A DNA stretch of 64,000 bases, from contig JBDOQK010000023.1 of NCBI GenBank assembly GCA_040437565.1, positions 248,001-312,000 on the forward strand. Reading direction: 5' to 3'. This DNA is from Albugo candida (Eukaryota). The translations under genes and the position numbers were made by a program. The notes beneath the pieces are model-generated. The model made no database searches. It saw only the letters and a program-made list of their open reading frames with translations, and was not told where the DNA came from. The first letter of the stretch is position 1. Every line of letters begins with the position of its first letter. Positions 1-12,102 of this stretch are shown piece after piece.

Positions 1-687
1 CAAGGACTTAGTTGACCTGGGAAAAATAGAATCTTCATGTATCAGAGTAATGCGTGCGGTTAAGCAATGGAGCTTCTTGACAGTAGATTCGGCAAACATG
101 TGCTGATGTAATGGATGGCCATACATACTCTCCTTATTTTTGTTCAAAATCGCATCATCTCGTGGTTCGAGTTCGAAGTACAATCTTGGATGAGGAAGTC
201 CTGCCCAAGTAAATAGAAGCTTTTCAGGCAATCTATTAGGAAAATAATGACTTATTGCATCGAGAAATACACCATTACACATGAGCTGCTTCACAGGCAC
301 TAGGTCTTGATTTGATCTTTGTGCATTTTTGAATCGTAAGTGTTGAGCAGTATCAGACACGCTTGAATCAAGTTTTTTCGTCTTTGGCCAGAGGGAGAGC
401 TCCAAATCGCCGTGGTCTTCAGTATTTTTGCTGGTCGATCCAAGCGATAAAGTCAAATCGATGTTAGTCGCACTTGCTTCGATGTTGTTGTTATTGTCCA
501 CACCAAACACGCTTTCTTCAATGAGTCCGTCCAATTTGATAACTAATTTTGGGCCCGAGTTTGACGTTGTCACGAAACGTACATTTTTCAATGAATCCAC
601 AACCAGCATGTAATATTGTCGTGCATAGTTAAGGTTGCATAGTGTTAGTACTTGCAGATGAAAGAGTTTCAATATATGACTCTTCAT
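1..687 (-). CDS. Hypothetical, possibly secreted protein; 3' end runs off the window
   Basis: Manual translation of the minus strand from ATG 687 (MKSHILKLFHLQVLTLCNLNYARQYYMLVVDSLKNV...) stays open for 229 codons to position 1. It is absent from the ORF track because no stop lies in the window. The N-terminus is signal-peptide-like. Confidence 0.55.
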   Translation of the reverse strand, partial: MKSHILKLFHLQVLTLCNLNYARQYYMLVVDSLKNVRFVTTSNSGPKLVIKLDGLIEESVFGVDNNNNIEASATNIDLTLSLGSTSKNTEDHGDLELSLWPKTKKLDSSVSDTAQHLRFKNAQRSNQDLVPVKQLMCNGVFLDAISHYFPNRLPEKLLFTWAGLPHPRLYFELEPRDDAILNKNKESMYGHPLHQHMFAESTVKKLHCLTARITLIHEDSIFPRSTKSL

Positions 688-2255
688 CGAGGACGAGTTC
701 TTAAAAGTGTTATATACTAGCCCTGCATCGAAAACTCCAAACCATTCACTATTTATGCGATATGTGCATAAGTGCACCTTTCCGTTTCCAAAAACTTCCT
801 ACTGTACGAATCTCAAAGCCCCTTGAGTCCACCAATCAAATGCTGGATCGCTATGTCAACGTTCTTCAATCGATTCATTTCTTCTTGGTCTAAATGTGCT
901 CAACACAAGCTTCATAACGTAATTTTGTATGTTGTTTGCAATTCAGTTGCAAAAACGTTTGCCCATTGAGCGATAGCATTGCACGATGTGATATGCCTTT
1001 TACGGCTCTAAATTCGAAGATGCGGATAGGTGTAGCGAGCGTTGCTACTGCCTCTAATGATCGAATAGGCTCGGACTATTTGCTGTATCTCAGAACGCGA
1101 GCGATTTTTTAGGGAGATTGACATAACTGAGAGAGTGCTATTTCTGTGAGATATGTCTTTGCTTCGATAATTTTCAAAATTTTAAAAATTTCAGACTTTC
1201 GACTGCACAATGTGACCGTTGTGTATCGAATAATCGACCGTTGGTGTATGGCATATGCAGCCATTGAGAAACGAGGCTGTGCATTAGATGCTGACTACTA
1301 CGAAAGCATTTGGATTCGACGCAGCAATAATCTGAGAATGAGTTCAAAACCGCAAACAAGTCGTGTTTCAGGTGATCTTTGTGATTGTGAATCGATTCTC
1401 ACACCACTTTGATTGATGCGAACATTTCTTTTCACTCAAATGACATATACCGCTATTATTCCTATACAAAACACATTACTTCAACAGGTAGTCCTCGCTT
1501 CTCTCATCTACCCATATTTGCAAAGGGTATTTATTTCCATGGAAGGACATCCACTTGGTTAAACACATCCCCGGTTCGACTCAAAACAAATTGCATCTGC
1601 ATGCGCTGAGTTGTCACTGTAAACCGNNNNNNNNNNNNNNNNNNNNNNNNNNNNNNNNNNNNNNNNNNNNNNNNNNNNNNNNNNNNNNNNNNNNNNNNNN
1701 NNNNNNNNNNNNNNNNNNNNNNNNNNTCGAACACATCATTGGCTGAGAGTAACTGCCATTGTGCTGCGATTGCAATAAACACACATCGCATTGCTCTTGT
1801 ATATATATGTAAAAATAATGTTAACGTGATGTATTTCACATCTATTTTGTGACAGATGTTCACAGACGTACAGTACCTTACAAAATCGCTCTGACTGCGA
1901 TGAAACCTTGCTTTTAAGATAGATATGGGACAAACGACTTTCGCTAATCGTATCGTTAGTACAATATCATATAATGTCTACTCATATAGTCCCAATCAAC
2001 GTGACTTCTCAAGCATGGCAATCGTCATGTGCAGGTTGTATTCGCTTTAAGAGCTGTATTGGGACATTTTCTATTGATATGAGTTGCGCGTTATCATGCG
2101 GCTGTAATAAATCTCAACAATTATGCGCAAAGTATAGCATCTCTGTTGTGTGAACGTCACCATGTCCGACGCTGATAGATACCAAACAGAGACAAAGTAT
2201 TTTCTCAGCCGTACAAAACGTCGAGCAGCATGCACTCAATAGGTCACTTCAAACG

Positions 2256-3203
2256 TCACAACACGACAGCACAACTACGTTGATGATGCTGTCTCGGTGC
2301 ATGAAAGTATCCACGATTGTACTCTTCCGCGACTGGCAATCGCTGCGTACCACTGTTAGAAACGTGTCGTGTGCGATGCCGCCAATATTGGTTACTTGTA
2401 AAGTGGGCATCAGGTTGCAAAGTTGATGGCGTCAAGTGAGAGCTCTTGGCATTTTGCGATTCCAGTTCACAAGGGTTCAATGACAATTTGTCTGGTTGCT
2501 GCGGTGTGTTCTCTTTGAAATACTCGTCCACTGTTTCCATTGTCTCACCATTTCGTTTCGCTTGCTTCTGTAGCTTGTACGTTTTGTAAAAGGCGTAAAG
2601 CGATCGGACAGTTAGCATGAAATGTACAACTAGATTCAATCCGACAATTGCCAGAGACACTTCGTGCTGTAATTCAGTTGGAAATCCATCGGCGCCAGCA
2701 GCACTGATGAGGAAGAATGTCAATACCAAAGCAGCGATTTTCATTATTGTCACAAAGCTGGTGGTTGTTTGTACGAAACGGGAATGATGTGGCGAGCGAA
2801 TCTCCAGGTACACGAAAAGCAACAGGTGAGCTGACAATAAAATGCCAACTTGTACAGCAGAACTGATTCCAACAAATCCAGTTACGCATCCGGCAAGTAA
2901 TACGAGCATCATCTTGGGGGCGAAGAAATTGCGATCTTTGAATTTATACTCGTCGTACAGTGCTCCATATCGCATGCACACAGCTTTCTCCAAATGCGTC
3001 GAAGTACCCACATCTTTGATCGGCCCCTCATTCTGTTTCACGATATAGTATCCAAAAAATATGATACCGATAGCCAAGAATACTAGCGACAAAATCGAGG
3101 CGTATAGTTTGATATCTGTAAGCTCATCCATTTCAAAAGATCGATAAATTCCATACGTCGCAGTCAGACCAATCGTGTATTGCGATAAAGTCAGAATCAA
3201 TAT
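2256..3203 (-). CDS. Multi-pass membrane protein, oomycete TRP-like/PKD2-type C-terminal region; 5' end lost in an N gap
   Basis: About 6 hydrophobic helices, the motif RYGALYDEYK..FFAPKMM typical of this family, and a low-complexity tail. Confidence 0.6.
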   Translation of the reverse strand: MLILTLSQYTIGLTATYGIYRSFEMDELTDIKLYASILSLVFLAIGIIFFGYYIVKQNEGPIKDVGTSTHLEKAVCMRYGALYDEYKFKDRNFFAPKMMLVLLAGCVTGFVGISSAVQVGILLSAHLLLFVYLEIRSPHHSRFVQTTTSFVTIMKIAALVLTFFLISAAGADGFPTELQHEVSLAIVGLNLVVHFMLTVRSLYAFYKTYKLQKQAKRNGETMETVDEYFKENTPQQPDKLSLNPCELESQNAKSSHLTPSTLQPDAHFTSNQYWRHRTRHVSNSGTQRLPVAEEYNRGYFHAPRQHHQRSCAVVL

Positions 3204-4485
3204 NNNNNNNNNNNNNNNNNNNNNNNNNNNNNNNNNNNNNNNNNNNNNNNNNNNNNNNNNNNNNNNNNNNNNNNNNNNNNNNNNNNNNNNNNNNNNNNNN
3301 NNNGCATCAATACATATACTTATAACACCTGCAAGGTGCAACTTGTAATAAGGTAGGTCGATGCCTTAACCTTATCACATTTGGCAGAGCACTCGTTAGA
3401 AATTGAACAACTCCCAATCAGTGACTGATCGAATGAGTTCAGAAGTTAAGAGATATTGTGGCAATCACTGAGCCATAAGTCAACATAGCTGTTTTAAATC
3501 CAGGCCAGAACCTCCATGACCTCTACGATATATTTCAGAGCAGTTTTGTAGCTCGATCGTTGCTTTACGTTTACCAACAGATGTATCACCTAAGACATCA
3601 CAATCGTGACTGTCTCGATTTCGGTAGTCGTGACGTACCTCTTCAAGCTCCAGTTGATCAATTAGACGTGTCTCTAATTCAGACACTATGTCATCTTCAT
3701 CTCGAGTGTGTGACCTATCAGTTCCCGTAACTGCTGTATTTCGGATTGATTTCCTCGATTTCTCCCTGCAAAATGCGCTCTGTATAAGTTCAAGTTGGCT
3801 AGGTGTCAGTGTACACTGATATCTGACAACCGGTCGCTGGTATGCCGATGTGACACTGCAAATTGTCAAGATAGTCGGGTGACATGCGTTTTTTTGTACT
3901 CAGTCGTGAGCGAAGGCTCCTTTTGTAATTTATGCTTTTTGATACCATTTCGTGAAATTCCAAAGTTTTGCTTTTCACCGGAAATAGCTCGCACCTTGAT
4001 GCATCTTGCTCCTAATCCCTCCCATTTGCCTGGCACGATTTCCTTCGACACGATTTATCAAACATTTTCCATAGAAGAGGATGCTTCTTTCAACTCGTGC
4101 GCGAAATACTCAAAAATCCATTCGTTCAAAATCATTGTATACTGATATACTAAGTTGATGTCTTCAAAGAATTGCTTGATGAAGAATGCACCTTGATCAT
4201 TACCGTAAGATATACCAGGTTTCTTCATACTTCAAGTTGGTAGCGCGTTATTGTCTTGTAAACAACGGTCACCTATACTTGAGATTGGTTGCACGAAGNN
4301 NNNNNNNNNNNNNNNNNNNNNNNNNNNNNNNNNNNNNNNNNNNNNNNNNNNNNNNNNNNNNNNNNNNNNNNNNNNNNNNNNNNNNNNNNNNNNNNNNNCT
4401 GCCTAGAATCAGAATCAGGGTCTGATGACGCGAATATATCGCTACAAAAAAGCCCAGTGAACGCGTATAAATGAGAATGAAGGTT

Positions 4486-5099
4486 CTATTTTGACAGTAG
4501 GAAAGTTTTCCTTAATAAAGTCGAACATGAATAAACATAAAAGTAGCAGCGGCACTCAATTACGACGTGGGAGAACGCATTATGGTTGAATCGACGTTTG
4601 GAAGGACTCACAACAAGTCTTTGTATCATGCCACTAGCGCACTTTAAGGCGTATACAATCACTTCATGGCTTGGTGCACTCATCCATTGCCAATCAAAAG
4701 CCGTCCAGCTAAAAATACCACCGAAAATCATGGCAAGAGGTACTCAACCATCCGGAATGCAGTCTGTATGCGAATCGTTGCATAAACTGTGATGGTAAGA
4801 TAGCATGTTGCAGTGACTACTATCACTGTATACGCCCACAACTCTGTCAAGTAACGACTAGCAGTAATTGCAAGTAGTGCGAAGTTTGTGAGAATCGAGC
4901 AAGCCAATACGATTTGCCAAGCGCTTTCGATACACTTGTCTACAATTCGACGATTCATTTGAATGCCAAACACTCTTGCAGTTTTCAACAACAAAAATGC
5001 ACTCGTTCCTTTCCAGCAAAACTTTTTAATGACTCATAAGCCACGTGATGTAGAAATCCTCCAACGATAGCTGAAATTCCCAAAGCGATAAAGTAAATA
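4486..5099 (-). pseudogene. Frameshifted membrane protein, DUF6962/CREST-like
   Basis: Three overlapping ORF pieces in different frames (ISAIVGGFLHH; SAWQIVLACS; FNHNAFSHVV) join into one plausible multi-TM protein. The pieces overlap, which implies frameshifts and not introns. Confidence 0.5.
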
Positions 5100-5199
5100 N
5101 NNNNNNNNNNNNNNNNNNNNNNNNNNNNNNNNNNNNNNNNNNNNNNNNNNNNNNNNNNNNNNNNNNNNNNNNNNNNNNNNNNNNNNNNNNNNNNNNNNN

Positions 5200-5415
5200 T
5201 ACCCAAATACTTGACCGAGTCCTCCGAACCAATTATGGTCAAATTGAGAATACGTGGACACGGCAAGGTTCGATTCAACGAGAGCAAGGATGATTTGCTT
5301 AAGTTGAGTTTCGCACCAGATCCATCGCAATAGACTTGAACGAGTTCGAGCTGCGTAAAAACACCATTTGGTGTCTCTGAACGCAATGTCGAATCGTCTG
5401 CAGAATAAAGGCGTA
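5200..5415 (-). mobile_element. Non-LTR (LINE) retrotransposon reverse transcriptase fragment
   Basis: Translation LYSADDST...YCDGSGAKLNLSKS...VKYLG matches the LINE RT motifs (Y/F)ADD, SGxxxNxxKS and KYLG. Truncated by the N gap. Confidence 0.8.
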
Positions 5416-6167
5416 TAAGGAGTGACTTGACTTCGTTGTTTAAACTTGATAAACTACCGAGTCAGAAAGTAAAAGTTTTCAGCACGCAGACTTGCTTACA
5501 CATGTCTAATCTAATCAATTAAGAATACGTCCTCGTAACTATACGATATGGGGCTACTAAAGTGTACTTAGTTTGAAGAACAATGGGAAATGGTCACAGC
5601 TCATATTCCACATTATACTAAGAGGCATTACATTCTTACAAAGCAAACAAGCAAAGGTTGTCGATCAGATAGAGAATTTTTAAAAGAATTTTCCAGCTCA
5701 CATGTAGCTTTTGTAGCTTTTTATGACGACAAAGCAATGCCTGAATGCGCCAAACTTGCTGTAAATTGATCTGAGCATGCACGTGATGTCTATGTCAAAG
5801 CTTATAGGAAGGTGACCACTCCGGTAGTGGATTTAGCTGAGAACTAGTAGCTTTTTACAACTTACACTAGATTGCACGGCTACAAGCATACAAACATCGC
5901 ATATGAAAAAAGACATGGCTTTGTAGAAAGGCATATTTGATAAGAGAAACGTAGTAGATTCAAAGCTTCCAGATTTTTTTAACAAAAATTTCATCACGTT
6001 TGGTCGATTTCACGCGATGCGCAAGTTGAACTTCGCTTATCGTAAGTGCTTTGTGTCCAGTGATTTGTCTGGCTTTGATTTGAACCAATGTCAGACGCTC
6101 AGCCCACTTTCACTCGTCGAGTATTCGATTCTTGTTTCTTCTATCAACTACCAACCCGCTTGAAAGA

Positions 6168-6551
6168 ATGCCAAAATCTTATTTAACGGTCTCTGCTACA
6201 CTGCTACTTTTTGCAGGAAGTTTGATCGACTATTCTCATGCGACAATAATTGAAGGCGTTGGACAAAACAGCACGGCACAAATTTCAGTCCGCAGAGATC
6301 CAGACGACAATGCCTCGACACTCGGACATGTTCTTACCCTGGAAAGCCACGAAGGGAGAAACCGTAAAGACAACGGAGTGGGCTCGAACAAAAACTTGGA
6401 GGGAACAAGTACCAAGTCAGTCACGTCATCGAAGAAGGATCCCACTTTGGCTTCGGAAAGAAGCGCTTTCAAACCTTACGTACGCCCAAAACAGAAGGAC
6501 CCTTTGAGCATTCCGGGTTCTTTCAAAAGCCAGAATCCATATCCATATTAG
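6168..6551 (+). CDS. Small secreted protein, 127 aa, candidate effector
   Basis: ATG 6168 gives the signal peptide MPKSYLTVSATLLLFAGSLIDYSHA, followed by a hydrophilic Cys-free mature part. Single exon. Confidence 0.65.
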   Translation: MPKSYLTVSATLLLFAGSLIDYSHATIIEGVGQNSTAQISVRRDPDDNASTLGHVLTLESHEGRNRKDNGVGSNKNLEGTSTKSVTSSKKDPTLASERSAFKPYVRPKQKDPLSIPGSFKSQNPYPY

Positions 6552-6809
6552 AAACGCACGGAAATTTTAAGCGAAGAGATGGGAGATCACTTATAAACAC
6601 ACGTAGAAAGTATTGCCTTGAGTTACATCATAAATAATGAAATACGTTGCTGCCTATACAATCATTTCTCAACTCTAATGTGTCAATTAACCGCTCAAAG
6701 GACTCGCGAGTTTTCTCAATATATAAAAAGGCGAATATTCGATTTCGGCAACACTGAAAGTAATGAAGAAATCATGTATTATTCAAGCTTCACAATCATC
6801 TTCACTTCG

Positions 6810-8741
6810 TTAGTAAACACGGGCAAAAGGAGGCACCTTCTTGCACTCTTTTTCGTCCAATGTGAAGTCATGCACTTTGCGATAAGCAATTGTTGTTTGA
6901 CCCTCTTCCCCATGGAAAGCCAGTGTATGTTTCATCCAATTCGAGTCATCGCGCTCTGTGAAATCTTCTCGAGCATGGGCGCCTCGTGACTCCTTCCTTG
7001 CTTCTGCAGCGTGCATCGTGCAAGCCGCACAAGCCAGAAGGTTTTTGAGCTCTACAGTCTCGATCAGGTCGGTGTTCCAGATCAATGATCGGTCCGTAAC
7101 CTTGATATCATTGAATTTTGGCACAACTTGGTCAATTTTTTTCTTACCCGCTTCCAACGTAGATTGCGTGCGATACACAGCGGCATCAGCCTGCATGATT
7201 TTTTGCATTTCCAGACGAAGCTCGGCGGTCGGCACGTCTCCATTTGCATGACGCAATGAGTCCACCATTTCAATCGATTTCAAGCCTCCATCGCGAGGCA
7301 TTGGTCGTTTGACTTCACCGGCTTTAGTGGTTTCCGCAATGCGTAAGGCACAAGCTCGACCGAATACGACCAAGTCAAGAAGGGAATTCGCACCCAATCG
7401 ATTTGCTCCATGTACAGAGGCACATCCTGCTTCACCAGCAGCGTACAAGCCCTTCAAAATACGATCCGAACACATTTCATTTGCCGCAACTCGACTGCTT
7501 TTCTTATCGGGTATAATAACTTCACCCATATAGTTGGTTGGGATGCCGCCCATGTTGTAATGTACGGTGGGTAGCACTGGAATCGGCTCCTTGGTGACAT
7601 CGACACCTGCAAAGATAGCGGCAGTCTCGGATATACCCGGAAGCCTTTCCGCTAAGACTTCTGCGGGCAAATGGTCCAAATGAAGATAGATGTGGTCTTT
7701 TTCTTTTCCCACACCTCTTCCTTCTCGAATTTCCATAGTCATCGCTCGGGAAACAACGTCACGTGACGCCAAATCCTTGGCTGTTGGAGCATATCGTTCC
7801 ATGAAGCGCTCCCCCTCGCTGTTTCTCAAAATACCACCTTCTCCACGTGATCCTTCGGTGATCAAGCAGCCAGCACCATAGATGCCTGTAGGATGAAATT
7901 GAATAAATTCAGGATCTTGCAATGGGACTCCAGCCCGCAGCGCCATTCCTGTACCATCACCCGTACAAGTATGAGCCGAGGTACACGAAAAGTACGCTCG
8001 ACCATACCCGCCAGTAGCGAGAACAGTATTGTTCGTATGGAATCGGTGAAAAGTTCCATCTTCCATGTTGAATGCAATCACACCAACACAATCTCCATCG
8101 TCATTCAGAATCAAATCCAACGCAAAGTACTCGATAAAGTACGATGTGTCGAACGCTAACGATCTTCCATACAACGTATGAAGCATAGCATGACCCGTGC
8201 GATCAGCTGCACAGGCACAACGATACGCTTGACCTCCTTTTCCATAATCCAAACTCTGTCCACCAAAAGCACGTTGATAAATTTTCCCATCATCGGTCCT
8301 AGAGAACGGAAGACCAAAACTTTCAAGCTCTCGTACAGCATCAGGTGCCTCTCGACACATGTAATGAATCGCATCCTGATCACCAAGCCAGTCACTTCCT
8401 TTGACTGTATCATACATATGCCATCGCCAGTCATCCACTGTCATATTACCAAGAGCTGCATTAATTCCGCCTTGTGCGGCCACAGTATGAGATCTCGTCG
8501 GGAAAAGTTTCGTGATACAAGCAGTCTTCAGTCCTGCTTCGGCGCACCCCATAGCGGCACGGAGACCTGCTCCACCCGCTCCAACAATGACTGCATCATA
8601 CTCATGGTCAATGATCGTATATTTTGAAGTCAAATCCGTAGTGACAGAGCCTGAAGGCTGTTGAGAGCTTTGGATAGCAAAAGTACGGTGGAATGGCTTC
8701 CTTGTGCGCTCTTTCACATGACGCAGCGTCCCACGAAGCAT
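6810..8741 (-). CDS. SDHA: Succinate dehydrogenase flavoprotein subunit, mitochondrial
   Basis: [13 protein letters not shown]-binding motif, [10 protein letters not shown] covalent-FAD His, [29 protein letters not shown], and a basic transit peptide. Confidence 0.99.
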   Translation of the reverse strand: MLRGTLRHVKERTRKPFHRTFAIQSSQQPSGSVTTDLTSKYTIIDHEYDAVIVGAGGAGLRAAMGCAEAGLKTACITKLFPTRSHTVAAQGGINAALGNMTVDDWRWHMYDTVKGSDWLGDQDAIHYMCREAPDAVRELESFGLPFSRTDDGKIYQRAFGGQSLDYGKGGQAYRCACAADRTGHAMLHTLYGRSLAFDTSYFIEYFALDLILNDDGDCVGVIAFNMEDGTFHRFHTNNTVLATGGYGRAYFSCTSAHTCTGDGTGMALRAGVPLQDPEFIQFHPTGIYGAGCLITEGSRGEGGILRNSEGERFMERYAPTAKDLASRDVVSRAMTMEIREGRGVGKEKDHIYLHLDHLPAEVLAERLPGISETAAIFAGVDVTKEPIPVLPTVHYNMGGIPTNYMGEVIIPDKKSSRVAANEMCSDRILKGLYAAGEAGCASVHGANRLGANSLLDLVVFGRACALRIAETTKAGEVKRPMPRDGGLKSIEMVDSLRHANGDVPTAELRLEMQKIMQADAAVYRTQSTLEAGKKKIDQVVPKFNDIKVTDRSLIWNTDLIETVELKNLLACAACTMHAAEARKESRGAHAREDFTERDDSNWMKHTLAFHGEEGQTTIAYRKVHDFTLDEKECKKVPPFARVY

Positions 8742-8904
8742 TTTTTTCTTTTAACACTTTAAGAATACGATCGAAGAAAAAGATTTCTATCGATTTTTGT
8801 AACGAGTGACTACAGCGAGTACCGCGTCAAGTACGAATAAGTATGAATAGAAACGCAATTAATCGCTCACGTTGTGGAATGACAAAAAAACACAAAAGAC
8901 CTTA

Positions 8905-11058
8905 TCAAATAGCTTTGATGGTGACGTCCGCAGAATCGGATGCTTGAGAAAGATCGACCAGCTCATAGTCTCCTACAGATACGGCTTTGAGAAATTCCCG
9001 GTTGTGACGGATGGTCTTGCCAGTGAATAAAATGTTGTAAAGAGCCAAGAGCATGACTGCGACCGCAATGCTTCCGAATATCAGTGAGCTTGTGACCGAG
9101 GGTCCTGACTGAGCGTCTAAATCAAGTGATGTTGTGCATCGAGGACCGACCCAGGAAGATGGAAAAAGGCATTGACAACGCTTTTTGACACATTTTCCCG
9201 TCCTCATGAAAGCTGCTGAAAAAGCACCAACTGAGCAATCATCGTCGTGGCGACAAGAACCTTGACCAACGACAGATTTGACGGGATTATTGCTATCTTG
9301 ATATTCGGAGAGATGCTCATCGATCCATGTTTTCGTTGGATGAGAAGCGGGATCGCATCCGATACGCATTGAGGATGCGTCCTGATACAATCGAACGTAA
9401 TCAACCTTCATGTACATGGGAAATGCGTCACAAATCTTGTTGATTTTCGCATCCGTGCCATCTCCTTTACACGGTTTTCCTGGATTTGGAGGTTTGGATC
9501 CCCAGCTGGTTGATAGAGCAACATTGAAAATGATGTACATTGGTTCCTCGACCATAACTTTGTGAAAGTTTGAATTGGAAGAATCTTGGGGTGGGGAGGT
9601 TAGCGACTCGGCAGCAATCTCAAAAATCGCTACGTCATCCAAGATCCAACGGATGTAGCCAGTACTACTAGGAATCCACTCAATTTGATATTTCATATAG
9701 CCTGTGTATGCTTTCAGCGGAATCTCAGAATTTGCTGAAATCGCATCCATCTGATAATTGAAGCTTGGTAATACACTTTCAACGACATTACCTTCTTTTT
9801 TTGGTTCCGTGCACCTCGAATTGGTGTTTGCCGGGTCACATAAGTACGAGCCTTGGTACGCGTTCATGACTGGCATACAACCTCCATCTTCATTCACGCC
9901 CCAATAATTGGAGGTATTGTCTTTCTTCCCCAAGTACGCGTTTCCATCGTATGACGCGGAGCAAGTATTCAAGCCCGTACAGTTGTTCGAAGTGACTCCA
10001 ATTTCACGGTTTTGAATCACAGCAGCGGCCGATTGTTTTAACGAGCCGACGGGATTACAATTGGTATTTGGAAAATACTTGAGATCTTGGTACCAAGATC
10101 GATGCCCACGTTTCTCATACACAAATGTGGGCACACCGGGGACATTAGCTCCCAGAGTTTGACACCCGCGAGCGTAGACGCAGTACACATTACTATCAAT
10201 ATTTTTATCCGGCGGAAAAAGACGGAATTGTGGGGGCATTCCAGGTGCAATTTGAATGGACGTGGAGATTGCCACACCACCACCTTCTATTAAGTCGATC
10301 TCAGGGGCACCACGACCTTGCCTTGGATTCAAACCAAATCCTGGATTTCGATCACAAGCACTGATTCTTTGATCTTTTTTCAAGTCATAGTTGCACTCAT
10401 TATAGGACCAGGGCCACATTCGATTCGTACTGTCTGTGAACAACGCACGCCCAAGATTCCCCATGAGCCAAATTCCAGGCCAAGTCGGGTAGTATTCAAT
10501 CTTCTCGACGCGATTCAATACGTCTCCGGCTAAATCAGGGTTCCCCGATTCCTTATTGATTGCTCCAGGTAACTTCGCCATCACTTCCAGAAGCCCACCT
10601 TGAAAGCAGAATTTGTTCCACGTTTGTATCATTCCCGACCGGTAATACATACTGTGGTTCATGTATCCGGGCGGACTGGCGTATGCATTATAAACTTGGA
10701 AAGTGATATTTTCTTCCGTGCGCGTTTCAATTTGTAAAACACCACGACCGTCCGAGTCTTTTATAGTGGAAGTCATATTGAACGAGTAATATTCTAAGGC
10801 TGCATTCACTCCGTCTGGAATTTCAATAGCTGTCCATAAATGATCTCCACCGGGTCGGAAATCACGTTGAGGTGTATTAAACTCATCACTGAAGGTCAAG
10901 GCCCATACTTGGCCTCTAGAAGTCTCAATTTGTTGCGCTGAAGAAGGTGTCTCTGGATCCACCCAAGCTGGATGTCCTGATGCTGTCCGGAAGTCAGTTG
11001 AGATGCACACAATCTGTAGCAAAGGAGCAAGGAGCACACATAAAACCACAAGGATCAT
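8905..11058 (-). CDS. KRE6: Beta-glucan synthesis-associated protein, KRE6/SKN1 family (GH16)
   Basis: WVDPETP, FSDEFN, YRSGMIQTWNKFCFQGG, WPGIWLMGNLGRA, GRGAPEIDLIE (ExDxxE), VDYVRLYQ. Has a signal peptide, an EGF-like Cys cluster and a C-terminal TM helix. Confidence 0.93.
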   Translation of the reverse strand: MILVVLCVLLAPLLQIVCISTDFRTASGHPAWVDPETPSSAQQIETSRGQVWALTFSDEFNTPQRDFRPGGDHLWTAIEIPDGVNAALEYYSFNMTSTIKDSDGRGVLQIETRTEENITFQVYNAYASPPGYMNHSMYYRSGMIQTWNKFCFQGGLLEVMAKLPGAINKESGNPDLAGDVLNRVEKIEYYPTWPGIWLMGNLGRALFTDSTNRMWPWSYNECNYDLKKDQRISACDRNPGFGLNPRQGRGAPEIDLIEGGGVAISTSIQIAPGMPPQFRLFPPDKNIDSNVYCVYARGCQTLGANVPGVPTFVYEKRGHRSWYQDLKYFPNTNCNPVGSLKQSAAAVIQNREIGVTSNNCTGLNTCSASYDGNAYLGKKDNTSNYWGVNEDGGCMPVMNAYQGSYLCDPANTNSRCTEPKKEGNVVESVLPSFNYQMDAISANSEIPLKAYTGYMKYQIEWIPSSTGYIRWILDDVAIFEIAAESLTSPPQDSSNSNFHKVMVEEPMYIIFNVALSTSWGSKPPNPGKPCKGDGTDAKINKICDAFPMYMKVDYVRLYQDASSMRIGCDPASHPTKTWIDEHLSEYQDSNNPVKSVVGQGSCRHDDDCSVGAFSAAFMRTGKCVKKRCQCLFPSSWVGPRCTTSLDLDAQSGPSVTSSLIFGSIAVAVMLLALYNILFTGKTIRHNREFLKAVSVGDYELVDLSQASDSADVTIKAI

Positions 11059-12102
11059 TACGAAAAGCAAGTTTGAAATAGTTTATTTGGAAAAGAAAGC
11101 AATTATCTCATTCCGTTAACAAAATTATCGTTTGATCCGTGCGATCCGGAGGGCTAGGGAGGAAGCGTATGACATGAAATGATCAAAAGGTTGTCACAAA
11201 TGGAAGATCTCACGAAAATTCGCGAAAGGTCATTTCGAGTGTGCATATAGATATAAGGATAGCTATTCGTTTTTTCTTTTGTAACCGCTTTGATTGTAAT
11301 AAGAACCGCTACAGTCAGTCGAGAGAGCTGTGTGCATCGACGATAGCAACTTGAGTCGAATCAGCCAAGTTCTGATTCTGATACGGGATCAGAAGATAGA
11401 ACCGGTCTCGATCGTCTCTCCTCCAATTATTTCTACGGCAATTTTATCCACCAGTTTCGTCAGTTGCCTATTTGCCACCCATTCCGAGTCGTGTTTGGCT
11501 TGGGTTTTCCATACAATACATTCGGCACATAGTAAAGTTCCTGCATGGAATGTTGGGTCCATCAGCCTGACGTAAAAAGTTCCATGTCGTGACGGGGGGC
11601 GCTGGGCACTTTGAGAGTTGCTCCATGTTTTATGGAAATCACTTTGAAAGAATCAGTATCTCCACAGTCTTTGTATGTTGCAAGGATGTGACCGAAAGTA
11701 TACACATGTTAGACACTTGAATGGATATCCGTATGTCGATAAGCCACGGTCTGAGCAATCATTTCGATAATTGGATAGCGCGATGACGAAAACGATTATA
11801 TATCAGCGATCGCGCGCTCGCGGAGCCAGCGATATGACTAGAATAATAATCAAGTTCTCCTACTCATTCGGAGCGCTACGAACGTCATTCCCTGTGATAT
11901 TACTGTTATTAGCTCTAGCTGAACCTTTATCGAGAAGGAAATGTTGATGCAACAAGGTATGAGGGACCTTTGAATAGAATATAAATACTGGATTACGTAT
12001 ATTGCTTGATAGACGGCGTCTCTGACGCAAGTCGGCGTCGCTTTAATGCTTTCCGGGTCTGAAGAATTGGTAATTTCGAGCAACTTTGAGAGACCCTGGA
12101 CG

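Noticed and set aside
4985-5386. ORF joining LINE RT to a membrane protein
   Set aside because: The two halves are separated by an N gap, so there is no evidence of a real fusion.
11390-12083. Cys pairs (CLTC..HPC; CAEC) as a possible PHD finger of Hop1
   Set aside because: They lie beyond the likely Hop1 stop, and I could not build a spliced frame with C4HC3 spacing.
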